Shown here: piece after piece, positions 18,043 through 26,611 of the stretch
Layout: each line of letters opens with the position of its first letter
Position numbering within the stretch: the stretch's first letter is position 1
DNA from: an uncultured Subdoligranulum sp.
GTDB lineage: Bacteria; Bacillota; Clostridia; Christensenellales; CAG-314
DNA length: 64,000 bases
Direction of reading: 5' to 3'
NCBI GenBank assembly: GCA_902496185.1
Contig: CABUZX010000001.1
Span: 64,509-128,508, forward strand
Made by a program: the position numbers and the translations under genes
The notes under the pieces: model-generated
What the model was told of the DNA's origin: nothing
Databases searched by the model: none
Seen by the model: the letters and a program-made list of their open reading frames with translations, nothing else

Positions 18043-18870
18043 TTAGTTTACCTCCGACTCGGGATTATTCCAAATGCTTAATTTTTTAAATAACTTACTA
18101 AAAAAGGTGGAATGTTGAAATTTTATAAATTTTGCAACGCGTTTACTTTTTGAAACAAAAACAGGCGCTCCTCGCTCAATTTCCCAATCAAGAAAAACAC
18201 CGTCAATATAACATTCTGAATTTTGATTTGATTCTATCTTGACGCTGGTTTTGCCAGAAAAAACAATTGGACAATGCCGTAAAGAATGAGCGCATAAAGG
18301 AGTTAACAACGTTACGTCCAAATCAGGATAAACAATAGGACCGCCCGCTGACAAAGAATAGGCAGTACTGCCGGTTGGGGTAGATAAAATTACTCCATCA
18401 CCCACGTAGGTATCAACAAATTCAGAACCAACGGAAACGTTTAACGAAATTGTCCCCTTTCGCTCTTTATTACACAAAATAACTTCGTTTAAAGCCTCTA
18501 CGGAATATTTTTTGTAATCGACTTGCAACATAGTACGAACATCTAAAAAATATTTACCCTTTGATAATAATTCAAGCCCTTTGCTTAAGTCGTGTAATTC
18601 CAATTGTGACAAAAAACCTATTTTTCCCATATTGATGGCAAGCATAGGGATATCGTATTTGGAACATACGGGAGAATAAGACAACATTGTGCCGTCGCCA
18701 CCAAATACTGCAACACAATCAAAACCACCTAATATTAACAAACTCTCCAACTCATGCAAATCTTTTGCAAAAGTAACTTCAATATCAAAATCCGTCGCAT
18801 ATTTAAAAAAGGAATCATAAATGGATTTTTCAATATTTTTTTTAATATTTTTCGCAAGAATAACTTTCAT
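18043..18870 (-). CDS. nadK: NAD kinase
   Basis: It has the GGDGT motif and TPTGSTAYSLSAGGP. Confidence 0.9.
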   Translation of the reverse strand: MKVILAKNIKKNIEKSIYDSFFKYATDFDIEVTFAKDLHELESLLILGGFDCVAVFGGDGTMLSYSPVCSKYDIPMLAINMGKIGFLSQLELHDLSKGLELLSKGKYFLDVRTMLQVDYKKYSVEALNEVILCNKERKGTISLNVSVGSEFVDTYVGDGVILSTPTGSTAYSLSAGGPIVYPDLDVTLLTPLCAHSLRHCPIVFSGKTSVKIESNQNSECYIDGVFLDWEIERGAPVFVSKSKRVAKFIKFQHSTFFSKLFKKLSIWNNPESEVN

Positions 18871-18899
18871 AATTTACCCATGAATTATTATACATTAAA

Positions 18900-18936
18900 G
18901 TAAGAAATTATGCAAATGTTTTGCATAATCTCTTAC
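18900..18936 (-). terminator. Hairpin between dxs and nadK (weak terminator/attenuator), followed by a TGTATAAT extended -10
   Basis: The stem is gtaaga-a-attatgcaa ... ttgcataat-c-tcttac. On the - strand it is followed by TTTAATGTATAAT. Confidence 0.45.
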
Positions 18937-18948
18937 CAAGTAATTTAT

Positions 18949-20775
18949 TTAGATATTGTTTTTTATTAAGTTAATTAAATTTTCCGAAGTAATCCCAAAT
19001 TGTTTTAATTGCTCTAAAACAGTAGCATGTTTTACGAATTTGTTATTTACGCCAAGATGAATAATTTTTTTAGGATAAAAATTTTTATTTGAAAAATACG
19101 TATCAATCATTGAACCAAATCCAGAAGTTAACATTCCTTCTTCAATCGTAATAATCAATTTAGCATTTTTTAAAGTTTGTAGCAAGTATTCGTCAAGCGG
19201 TTTTACAAAATAAGCATCTACTACACATAGGGAAATTTTTTCATTTTTCAATTCTTCCATTGCATTGATAGACGCTAATAATGCATTATTACCTACTGCT
19301 AATATAACAAAATCAGCATATTTGTCTCCAAAAACAGCCCAATGATTTGCATCAAAATCAGCCGAAAATTCTTTTGGCAAAAGCATTTCGCTTTTAGGAT
19401 ATCTTATTGCAATGGGTGAATACTGCGTTGCGCTCCAAATTAATATTTGTTTTAACTGCTTTGATGAAGATGGAGCCAAAATTTTGATGTTAGGAATAGA
19501 AGACAAGAAACATATATCAAACAACCCCTGATGGGTTTGACCATCTTCTCCTACAAATCCAGCTCTATCGATACAAAAGGTTACTGGTAAATTTTGTAAA
19601 CATACGTCGTGTATTATTTGGTCGTATGCTCGTTGCAAAAAAGTAGAATATATGGCAACGTAAGGTTTCATTCCTTGTACTGCAAGCCCCGCAGAAAAGG
19701 TAACTGCATGTTCTTCGGCTATACCTACGTCAAAAAATTTATCAGGAAATTTTGTCCTAAAATCCGCAGTGCCCGTTCCGTCAGCCATAGCTGCCGTAAT
19801 TACCGTTATTTTTGGGTTGTCAACCGCCAAATCACACAAAGTAGAGCCAACTATTTTTGACATAGTAATTGATGATAATGCATTTTTTGATGATATGCCA
19901 TGAAATTTGTTAGGTTCATTTTCTGCCGGGAGATATCCTTTCCCTTTTTTTGTAATGACGTGTAAAACAGTAGGTTTATCAATATTATTTTTGATTTCTC
20001 TTAAATAAAATATAAGCTCCTTTACGTCATGACCGTTAACGGGACCAATATAGCGTATATTAAAATTCTCAAAATAAATATTATGCAATTTCTTCAAACG
20101 GATATTTCTAACCATTTTTGTCCCCATTTTTAACAAGGGTTTGCCAATCAATGGTAATTTACTTAAAAACTTTTTAGTATTTTTCTTTAAACGCAAGTAT
20201 TTTTTACTTACTCTAACTTTAGAAAGATTTTTTGTAGCGCTACCCACGTTTTTATCTATTGCCATATTGTTATCATTTAAGACAATGAACATTTTTGTGT
20301 CGCCAATAGAATTTAAACCTTCGTACGATAGTCCACCTGTCAATGAACCGTCACCTACGACAGCAACGACGTCGAAAGAATGATTTTGTATATCGCGCGC
20401 TTTAGCAATACCTAACCCTGCAGATATTGCAGTACTGGCGTGCCCTACCCCAAAAACATCATATATAGACTCTTCTATTGTGGGAAATCCTGATATTCCA
20501 TCCTTTTTTCGTAAAGTAGCAAACTCTTTTTCTCTACCCGTTAAAAGTTTATGAACGTAAGCTTGGTGTCCTACGTCCCATACTATTTTGTCAACATCAT
20601 CAAAAACGTAGTGAAGTGCTACAGTTAACTCCACTACGCCCAAATTGCTTGCCAAATGCCCGCCGTTGTCCATTACTGTCGTCAAAAGTTTTTCACGAAT
20701 TTCACTACAAAGTTCGGGCAATTGATTAATATTTATTTTTTTTAAATCGGTAGAACTTAAAATATTTTCTAACAT
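18949..20775 (-). CDS. dxs: 1-deoxy-D-xylulose-5-phosphate synthase
   Basis: It has thiamine-diphosphate motifs (GHASTAISAGLG, GDGSLTGG) over a full-length Dxs layout. The ATG overlaps the upstream stop as TAATG. Confidence 0.93.
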   Translation of the reverse strand: MLENILSSTDLKKININQLPELCSEIREKLLTTVMDNGGHLASNLGVVELTVALHYVFDDVDKIVWDVGHQAYVHKLLTGREKEFATLRKKDGISGFPTIEESIYDVFGVGHASTAISAGLGIAKARDIQNHSFDVVAVVGDGSLTGGLSYEGLNSIGDTKMFIVLNDNNMAIDKNVGSATKNLSKVRVSKKYLRLKKNTKKFLSKLPLIGKPLLKMGTKMVRNIRLKKLHNIYFENFNIRYIGPVNGHDVKELIFYLREIKNNIDKPTVLHVITKKGKGYLPAENEPNKFHGISSKNALSSITMSKIVGSTLCDLAVDNPKITVITAAMADGTGTADFRTKFPDKFFDVGIAEEHAVTFSAGLAVQGMKPYVAIYSTFLQRAYDQIIHDVCLQNLPVTFCIDRAGFVGEDGQTHQGLFDICFLSSIPNIKILAPSSSKQLKQILIWSATQYSPIAIRYPKSEMLLPKEFSADFDANHWAVFGDKYADFVILAVGNNALLASINAMEELKNEKISLCVVDAYFVKPLDEYLLQTLKNAKLIITIEEGMLTSGFGSMIDTYFSNKNFYPKKIIHLGVNNKFVKHATVLEQLKQFGITSENLINLIKNNI

Positions 20776-21470
20776 TATTTTTTAGAAAAAACTGATAATA
20801 CTTTTGCAAGTGAAAGTATTATTTTGGTAGCGTTTTTAATTGCTAATTTCTTACCTAACGCCTTGCCTGTAATCATTACTGCAGCAATTAGAGTGCTACA
20901 CAATACGCTTATTATCAAATATTGAGTTTGGTGTTGAATTGCCATTACCGCCACTATTGCCGCACCACAGGCGCCGGAAATAATACCGCAAATATCCCCT
21001 ATCACGTCACAACAAATACTGCTTACAACGTTTGCATTTTTTGCTAATTTAACAGCAAGTTTTGCACCTTTAAGTTTTCGTGCTGACATAGCCAAAAACG
21101 GTTCTGGATCGCAAGAAGTTGATGCTACGCCAATCATATCAGAGATTATTGATACTACAACGATCAGTATAATTAATATATACGCAATAAAAACGTTTTT
21201 TGCATCAATTTCACCAATAACCAACTGTGAAAGAATACCAAATAAAAAAGATAAAATAATTGTCATCAAACATACTGTTAAAATCCAAGGTATTTTAATT
21301 TTTTTTTGATGTTTCTTTTGGTTTAATTGTCGTGGTTTTTTTAATAACGCACCTTCTTGTTTAATGTTTTTTGTTTGTTTTTTTATTTCGGAAAAATCCC
21401 CCGTACCACTCGGAGGATTACCGTCACTTGTGTCTGTCAATTCTTGTGTTTCTTTTTTTTGCGTATTCAT
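20775..21470 (-). CDS. oapA: Four-TM membrane protein in the position of OLE-associated protein A (OapA)
   Basis: A Lys/Gln-rich hydrophilic N-terminus of about 60 aa precedes four hydrophobic helices (e.g. VVSSICCDVIGDICGIISGACGAAIVAV). It lies immediately downstream of the OLE-like RNA and is translationally coupled to dxs. The family call is by context and architecture. Confidence 0.7.
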   Translation of the reverse strand: MNTQKKETQELTDTSDGNPPSGTGDFSEIKKQTKNIKQEGALLKKPRQLNQKKHQKKIKIPWILTVCLMTIILSFLFGILSQLVIGEIDAKNVFIAYILIILIVVVSIISDMIGVASTSCDPEPFLAMSARKLKGAKLAVKLAKNANVVSSICCDVIGDICGIISGACGAAIVAVMAIQHQTQYLIISVLCSTLIAAVMITGKALGKKLAIKNATKIILSLAKVLSVFSKK

Positions 21471-21494
21471 ATTTCAAACTATTAATAAACAAAT

Positions 21495-22090
21495 TTTATT
21501 TGGTGGTAACAAAATAAGTAAACCTTACGGCATAAGGTTCAGTAGGATTTCCCCCTCGAATACTCTCCGTCGCCAGAAAAAAGCAGTTTCCTTTTAAATC
21601 CAAGGATGCGTCGTCACCTAACGCACAACTGAATCGCCACTAAGTCCGTACTATAATCCCTATTTTGTCTCTAAAAAACAGTCTAGAAGTTTTCCTTAAC
21701 AAATTGTAAATCATCTATCTTCTTTTGCAATATCAATTTCATTAAGCAATCTCAATATCAAATCGGCCAACTCAATATTTTGTGTTCTTAAATCCCAAGA
21801 CATCACTCAAAGCAGGCTACTCTGTACACAGCTTTTTATTCACCGCATAGCAGGTTTAATCTCAATCAGTAATTTCGCTTAAAACTACTCTTACCAAATT
21901 AAGTCTCCACGAACAACGGGATAGGAAATATGCCATTAAATCTTACCCATAATTCTTAACTCCCAGCACCACCCCCTGTTTGGGCAACAGAGGGAAGCAC
22001 AAGAAACTTCATCGATGTGCCCTTTGACGATAATTTATCCCCGCCTTCAATGATTTAGTATTTGACTAGAATACTGCACCACCAATTCAT
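21495..22090 (-). ncRNA. ole: OLE (ornate, large, extremophilic) RNA candidate
   Basis: The gap between ispA (stop 22140) and oapA (start 21470) is 669 nt and free of credible ORFs. It is locally G+C-rich (33 of 60 in 21961-22020). It contains many hairpins (22057-22075, 21972-21994, 21606-21626, 21521-21539). An 8-bp long-range helix joins TTGGTGGT (22085-22078) and ACCACCAA (21507-21500). The genomic context is the one published for OLE. The ends are approximate. Confidence 0.75.
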
Positions 22091-22095
22091 ATTTT

Positions 22096-22124
22096 ATATT
22101 AACATATTTTTTTTATTTTTGCAA
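22096..22124 (-). promoter_or_regulatory. Sigma-A type promoter immediately upstream of the OLE-like RNA
   Basis: On the - strand: TTGCAA (22124-22119), 17 nt, TGT-TAATAT (22101-22096). The predicted start near 22089 is just 5' of the closing helix. Confidence 0.5.
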
Positions 22125-22139
22125 GTATTAATTATCCAA

Positions 22140-22967
22140 TTAGTCAAAAATCCTTTTTAAAACTTCATCTAGCCTTGTTTTGAGAAAATTAAAGGTATTT
22201 TTTGAAAAGTTGTCATTTAATTTATTTAGCAAAATATTTGCTTCTTTTGCGATTATAAATATTACTTCTTTTGCCTTTTCATAACTAAAAAAAGTTAAAA
22301 TTGAAGTTTTTTGCGTATCTTCATCTTTATCGAATAAATCGTCAACAAATTGGTAAATCAAACCTAATTTAACACAAAATTCAGCCAATAATTTTTTTGT
22401 ATCATTTGTTGCCCCTGCCAATATAGCTTGAGAAACGACGGAAGCGCAAATTAATTGCGAGGTTTTTAATTTCGATAATTTTTTATATTCATCAAAAGTC
22501 AAATTTTCGTTTAATACGTCTATTGATTGGCCGTAAATCATACCTCCAAATCCTGCGCACTTAAAAATATACTTTGACGCATCAAAATAATTTTGTTCCG
22601 CTTTTCCACCTACAATTATTTCTATAGCAGAAGTTAATAGTCCGTCACCAGCCAAAACCGCTTGCGTATCTCCAAATTTTTTTTGACAAGATGGTAAACC
22701 GCGGCGCTCATCAGCATTATCCATACAAGGTAAATCATCATGAATCAGTGAATAATTGTGTATCAATTCCACAGCTACAGCCAAGCGATGCGCATTTTTA
22801 TTGGTTGCGTTTTTAAAAGCTTTAGCCGTATCTAAAGAAAGCAAAAACCTAAAACGCTTTCCTCCAGCAGATATTGCATATAGTCCTGCATTTAACGCAA
22901 TACAGTCGGTAGGATAATTTTTGCCGGCCATTTGACTATACATTTTTTCAAAATTTAATTCAATCAT
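22140..22967 (-). CDS. ispA: Polyprenyl (farnesyl/geranyl) diphosphate synthase
   Basis: The first Asp-rich motif is LIHDDLPCMDNADERRG and the second Asp-rich region is YQFVDDLFD. It follows xseB, as in Bacillus. Confidence 0.88.
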   Translation of the reverse strand: MIELNFEKMYSQMAGKNYPTDCIALNAGLYAISAGGKRFRFLLSLDTAKAFKNATNKNAHRLAVAVELIHNYSLIHDDLPCMDNADERRGLPSCQKKFGDTQAVLAGDGLLTSAIEIIVGGKAEQNYFDASKYIFKCAGFGGMIYGQSIDVLNENLTFDEYKKLSKLKTSQLICASVVSQAILAGATNDTKKLLAEFCVKLGLIYQFVDDLFDKDEDTQKTSILTFFSYEKAKEVIFIIAKEANILLNKLNDNFSKNTFNFLKTRLDEVLKRIFD

Positions 22968-23172
22968 TTGTCTCTATCCTACTTTGTAATTCAACCCATT
23001 GCGATTTCAAATCTTGCAATCGTTGAGAATATTTTTCCAAAATTTCTGAACATTGGGTTGAAATTTTTAATCCCTCATCAAATAACTCAAAACTTTGTTC
23101 AAGCGTAGTGTTTTTATCTTCCAACTTATTGGCTATTTCGTTTAATTTTGTAAGCAATTCTTCAAAATCCAT
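22960..23172 (-). CDS. xseB: Exodeoxyribonuclease VII small subunit
   Basis: It is a small helical protein (FEELLTKLNEIANKLED...LEQSFELFDEGLKL-like). The ATG at 23172 has the SD GAGGT. The ORF-track start at 23184 is 4 codons upstream. Confidence 0.88.
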   Translation of the reverse strand: MDFEELLTKLNEIANKLEDKNTTLEQSFELFDEGLKISTQCSEILEKYSQRLQDLKSQWVELQSRIETND

Positions 23173-24334
23173 GTTTAACCTCATCTACCGTCGTTTTAAT
23201 ACTTCCATCTGATAAATATATCGTAAGTTTATCTCCCATATTAACATTAGCAACTTCAGAAATTCTTTGTTCGTCTTTAAAAATTAGACCTTTGCCGTTT
23301 TTTAAGGCATTTTGCGGTGAAGTTAGCTCTATCTTTTTTCGCAAAAAATAAAATTCCGAAATCTTTGCTTCAAATTTATTTTGCAACAAAAAGGAAGTTC
23401 GTTCCATCAATAAACTTAAATATGCGCTTATTTTTTCTACTTTGTTTAGCATAGTACTATTCAATTTATTAATAATATTATTATATATACCATTTTTATT
23501 ATAAAACTTTTCAAGAAAAGCATTATATAATCTTTTTAATAACTCTGACAAATCATTATCGACGTTAAAATTGGTAACAATTTCTGCCGCAATTGAAGGC
23601 GTGCCGGCACGTAAATCAGCGCAAAAATCGCAAATAGAAAAATCAGTTTCGTGCCCTACCGCTGAAATTGTTGGTTTTGAACAATCTTTTAGCGCTAAAG
23701 CAATTTCCTCGCTATCAAAAGCAGATAAATCTTCTTTACTACCTCCTCCGCGAGCAATAATTATTACATCAACGTCTTGCAAGTCTAAATATCTTATTCC
23801 GTTAGCAATTTGAGTACTTGCGTTTTCACCCTGCACACGTACGTCGTATAAAAATAATTTAGCATATTTATTTCGGCGTGTTACAACGTTAAAAATATCG
23901 TGTAGCACTGCCCCTTTTGCCGAAGTAATAACACCAATATTAAAAATATATTTTGGTAAAGCTTTTTTTCTATCCTCATCAAAAAAACCGAGTGTTTTTA
24001 ACTTTTGTTTTAATTCAGTCAATTTTTTAAATTGGGCACCTTCTTCTTCTGTAAACGTTATTTTATTTACAAAAAAACTAACTTTACCAGATTTAAGATA
24101 AGTGGCACTTCCCTCAACTATTACTTCACAACCGTTTTTTAATCCCGAAATTAACTTGTCTAAATATGCAAAACAATCCATTTGACAAAAAGCATCTTTT
24201 AATGAAAAAAAGATGCTTTCATCTGTAAAACGTAAATTTGAAACTTCACCACAAATACTGACCTTTGCCAACATTGGCTCATTATCAATAAGAGCTTTTA
24301 AAAAATTGTTGTATTGCGAAACGTTAATTATCAT
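23162..24334 (-). CDS. xseA: Exodeoxyribonuclease VII large subunit
   Basis: It has an N-terminal OB fold (VSICGEVSN) and a catalytic region (IIIARGGGSKEDL, GHETD). Confidence 0.9.
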   Translation of the reverse strand: MIINVSQYNNFLKALIDNEPMLAKVSICGEVSNLRFTDESIFFSLKDAFCQMDCFAYLDKLISGLKNGCEVIVEGSATYLKSGKVSFFVNKITFTEEEGAQFKKLTELKQKLKTLGFFDEDRKKALPKYIFNIGVITSAKGAVLHDIFNVVTRRNKYAKLFLYDVRVQGENASTQIANGIRYLDLQDVDVIIIARGGGSKEDLSAFDSEEIALALKDCSKPTISAVGHETDFSICDFCADLRAGTPSIAAEIVTNFNVDNDLSELLKRLYNAFLEKFYNKNGIYNNIINKLNSTMLNKVEKISAYLSLLMERTSFLLQNKFEAKISEFYFLRKKIELTSPQNALKNGKGLIFKDEQRISEVANVNMGDKLTIYLSDGSIKTTVDEVKHGF

Positions 24335-25195
24335 TTATTTTATTTTGTATTGTCTTTTTGCTGATTTAACTATATTTTCCAACATTATACCGGTAGTCAT
24401 TGGACCACAGCCACCCGGCACTGGCGAAATTGCCGATACAAAATTTGAGAGCTCGTCAAATTTTGCATCTCCAACAACTTTGCCGTCAACAAAATTAGTG
24501 CCAATATCCAAAACGATAGATTCCTCTCTTACCATACTTTTATCGAGAAGCCCCGCTTTGCCGGCGCAAAGAATAATTATATCTGCATTTTTGCATGCTG
24601 ATCGCAAATTTTTAGTGTGAGTATGACAAACCGTAACGGTTGCATTGGCATTTAACAACATCATCATTAAAGGTTTACCTACTACAGTACTTCTACCAAC
24701 GATAGTAACGTTTTTCCCATCAAGTTCAATATTATATTTTTTTAATAATCGCATTGCGCCATAAGGAGTGCAAGGATAGAAAGTATCGTTTTGATTTTTA
24801 TTAGTGTACAAATCTGCAATACATTTAGGGGTTTGTCCATCAACGTCTTTTTCCGGCGCAATAGCAAGATTTACTTTTGACGCATCAATATGCTTTGGAA
24901 AAGGTGCAAGCAACATAATACCGTTTACTTCAGGGTTAGTATTTAATTCTTGAATTTTTGATACTACTTGCTCCGTTGTGGATTCTTCAGGCAAAACCTC
25001 ATAAGAAGCAAATATGCCTGCTTTTGCGCAAGCGCGTTTATTAGCTAATGCATATTGCAATATTGCATCATTGTCCCCCACGGACAACATAGCAAAACCA
25101 ACCGCATAACCGTTTGAAGCTAATTTACTAACTTGAGCAGTTTGTTCTTCCAAAATCTTTTTGTACTCTTCTCTTCCGTCAAATATTTTTGTCAT
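24335..25195 (-). CDS. folD: Bifunctional methylenetetrahydrofolate dehydrogenase/methenyl-THF cyclohydrolase
   Basis: It has VVGRSTVVGKPL and PVPGGCGPMT motifs. The ATG at 25195 is preceded by GGAGAAAT. The ORF-track start at 25318 runs into nusB and is an extension. Confidence 0.92.
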   Translation of the reverse strand: MTKIFDGREEYKKILEEQTAQVSKLASNGYAVGFAMLSVGDNDAILQYALANKRACAKAGIFASYEVLPEESTTEQVVSKIQELNTNPEVNGIMLLAPFPKHIDASKVNLAIAPEKDVDGQTPKCIADLYTNKNQNDTFYPCTPYGAMRLLKKYNIELDGKNVTIVGRSTVVGKPLMMMLLNANATVTVCHTHTKNLRSACKNADIIILCAGKAGLLDKSMVREESIVLDIGTNFVDGKVVGDAKFDELSNFVSAISPVPGGCGPMTTGIMLENIVKSAKRQYKIK

Positions 25196-25226
25196 ATTGA
25201 TTATTTCTCCAAAGTAAATTATCGAA

Positions 25227-25640
25227 TTATATTTTTTTTGCGTATTCCGCCAAAATTCCGTTGATAAATCCAGAGCTATTTTCCGTTGAATATAATTTGG
25301 CAAGATTAACAGCTTCATTAATTACAACAGGTAGCGGTGTAATCTTTGCTTCAAGTTCAAAAAACGCCATCATCAATATTGCAAAATCAACTTTAAATAG
25401 TCGTTCTTCCCTAAATCCTTTTGCTAATTCTGCAACTTTTTGACGATATTTATCAAAGTTGTCAATTACGTTGTTGTAAACGTCCTTTATATACTCCTTA
25501 TCAGAATCATCAATTTCAAAAACAGTATCATCTGCATCAGTCATTTGAATAAATTGTTCCAACTCCAAATCGTCTTTAGTGTTAGTAAAAAAATACTCGT
25601 ATATCAAACTAAATGCAACCTTTCTCGCATCTTTACGCAT
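25227..25640 (-). CDS. nusB: Transcription antitermination factor NusB
   Basis: It starts MRKDARKVAFSLIYE and ends with FINGIL, a NusB layout. The ATG at 25640 follows GGAGG. Confidence 0.9.
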   Translation of the reverse strand: MRKDARKVAFSLIYEYFFTNTKDDLELEQFIQMTDADDTVFEIDDSDKEYIKDVYNNVIDNFDKYRQKVAELAKGFREERLFKVDFAILMMAFFELEAKITPLPVVINEAVNLAKLYSTENSSGFINGILAEYAKKI

Positions 25641-25710
25641 AATAATGCATTGCCTCCAATGTAAATTCACAAACCCTTTGGCAAAAAAAGCCAAAGGGTT
25701 CCTTTGTTGT

Positions 25711-26055
25711 CTAATCCGGTTTAGTATCCGTTTTTACCTCAATGATATGAACGTTAATTTCTTTAACTTTAAAGTCAACCATTGTATCAAAGGCATTTTT
25801 AATCGCATGTTGAATATTAAACGCAACTTCCGGCACTTTGATATCTGGGCGAACTTTTACGTATACGTCAACGTAAATCAAGTGATTTATGGTTTCGATT
25901 TTAACCATCTTTTGTCTTTTTGCAGATTTAAGATCATTGATGTCAAAATCTACTACGCCATCAACTTCCTTAATGGCGCACAAAACAAGATTATACAATA
26001 TATCGCTACTGTATACAACTTTGCCTTTTTCATCACTTTTAGAAATTACCTTCAT
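25711..26055 (-). CDS. Asp23/Gls24 family envelope stress (alkaline shock) protein
   Basis: It has an Asp23-like pattern (GKVVYSSDILYNLVLCAIKEVDGV ... VHIIEV). The ATG at 26055 has the SD GAGGA. It sits upstream of nusB, as yqhY does in Bacillus. Confidence 0.85.
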   Translation of the reverse strand: MKVISKSDEKGKVVYSSDILYNLVLCAIKEVDGVVDFDINDLKSAKRQKMVKIETINHLIYVDVYVKVRPDIKVPEVAFNIQHAIKNAFDTMVDFKVKEINVHIIEVKTDTKPD

Positions 26056-26073
26056 AAAATTTTCCTCAAGTAA

Positions 26074-26102
26074 ATTATAACACATTTCAGATCAAAATAC
26101 AA
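26074..26102 (-). promoter_or_regulatory. Sigma-A type promoter for asp23-nusB-folD...
   Basis: On the - strand: TTGTAT (26102-26097), 17 nt, TGT-TATAAT (26079-26074). Confidence 0.5.
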
Positions 26103-26112
26103 TCTTTTTAAA

Positions 26113-26598
26113 TCAAATGGATAATATTTTTACATAATCAGGCGAAACGCCTAATTCTTCTACTATTGTATTATAAATTATAGCAGTATCTTGTAAAGTA
26201 AGATTTTCCTTAGAAGCAATGACGTTGACGTTTTGACTATCCACACCAATAGTCACAACAAAATCGTTGTAACCTTTTGCTTTAAGTAAACTTTCAAGCA
26301 AAAGCTCTGTTTCCATTAATTCTACTATTTTTTGTTTTTGAGCAGTTGCATTTGCGCGCGCTTCGGAATATTCGTCGCCCTCTACGGCAATAATGGAATC
26401 AAGATTAGCAATTTCTTCCCTACGCATTTCATCCCAATTTTCTCTGTAGGTAGTAAAGAACGTGCTTGCAGAAACAAGATCATCGCCATCACTGCTACCG
26501 CTTTGCTCGGTTCCAAGCAAAGCAAAGTTGAGATATGCTGCCACAGCCAACACCAACAACATAGTTACAGCCAGAATAATTTTTTTACCTTTTGTCAT
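26113..26598 (-). CDS. spoIIIAH: Stage III sporulation protein AH
   Basis: It has an N-terminal TM segment, an acidic linker and a C-terminal YscJ/FliF-like region. It is the last gene of an eight-gene spoIIIA array. Confidence 0.85.
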   Translation of the reverse strand: MTKGKKIILAVTMLLVLAVAAYLNFALLGTEQSGSSDGDDLVSASTFFTTYRENWDEMRREEIANLDSIIAVEGDEYSEARANATAQKQKIVELMETELLLESLLKAKGYNDFVVTIGVDSQNVNVIASKENLTLQDTAIIYNTIVEELGVSPDYVKILSI

Positions 26599-26611
26599 AA
26601 AAACACCTCCA

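Noticed and set aside
21364-21597. 77-aa + strand ORF from the ORF track lying over the 5' end of oapA and the 3' part of the RNA region
   Set aside because: It has no SD. It runs antisense to a well-supported membrane-protein gene. Its sequence is low-complexity (FFVCFFISEKSP...). The region is better explained by oapA plus the structured RNA.
25196-25318. Long N-terminal extensions in ORF-track calls (folD to 25318, nusB to 25694, asp23 to 26085, hslU to 59788, rluB to 8380, oxidoreductase to 6918, pyrH to 49406, rseP to 45193)
   Set aside because: The track takes the longest ATG/GTG/TTG-initiated frame. In each case an internal start with a good SD coincides with the conserved N-terminus of the family and removes an implausible overlap with the upstream gene.
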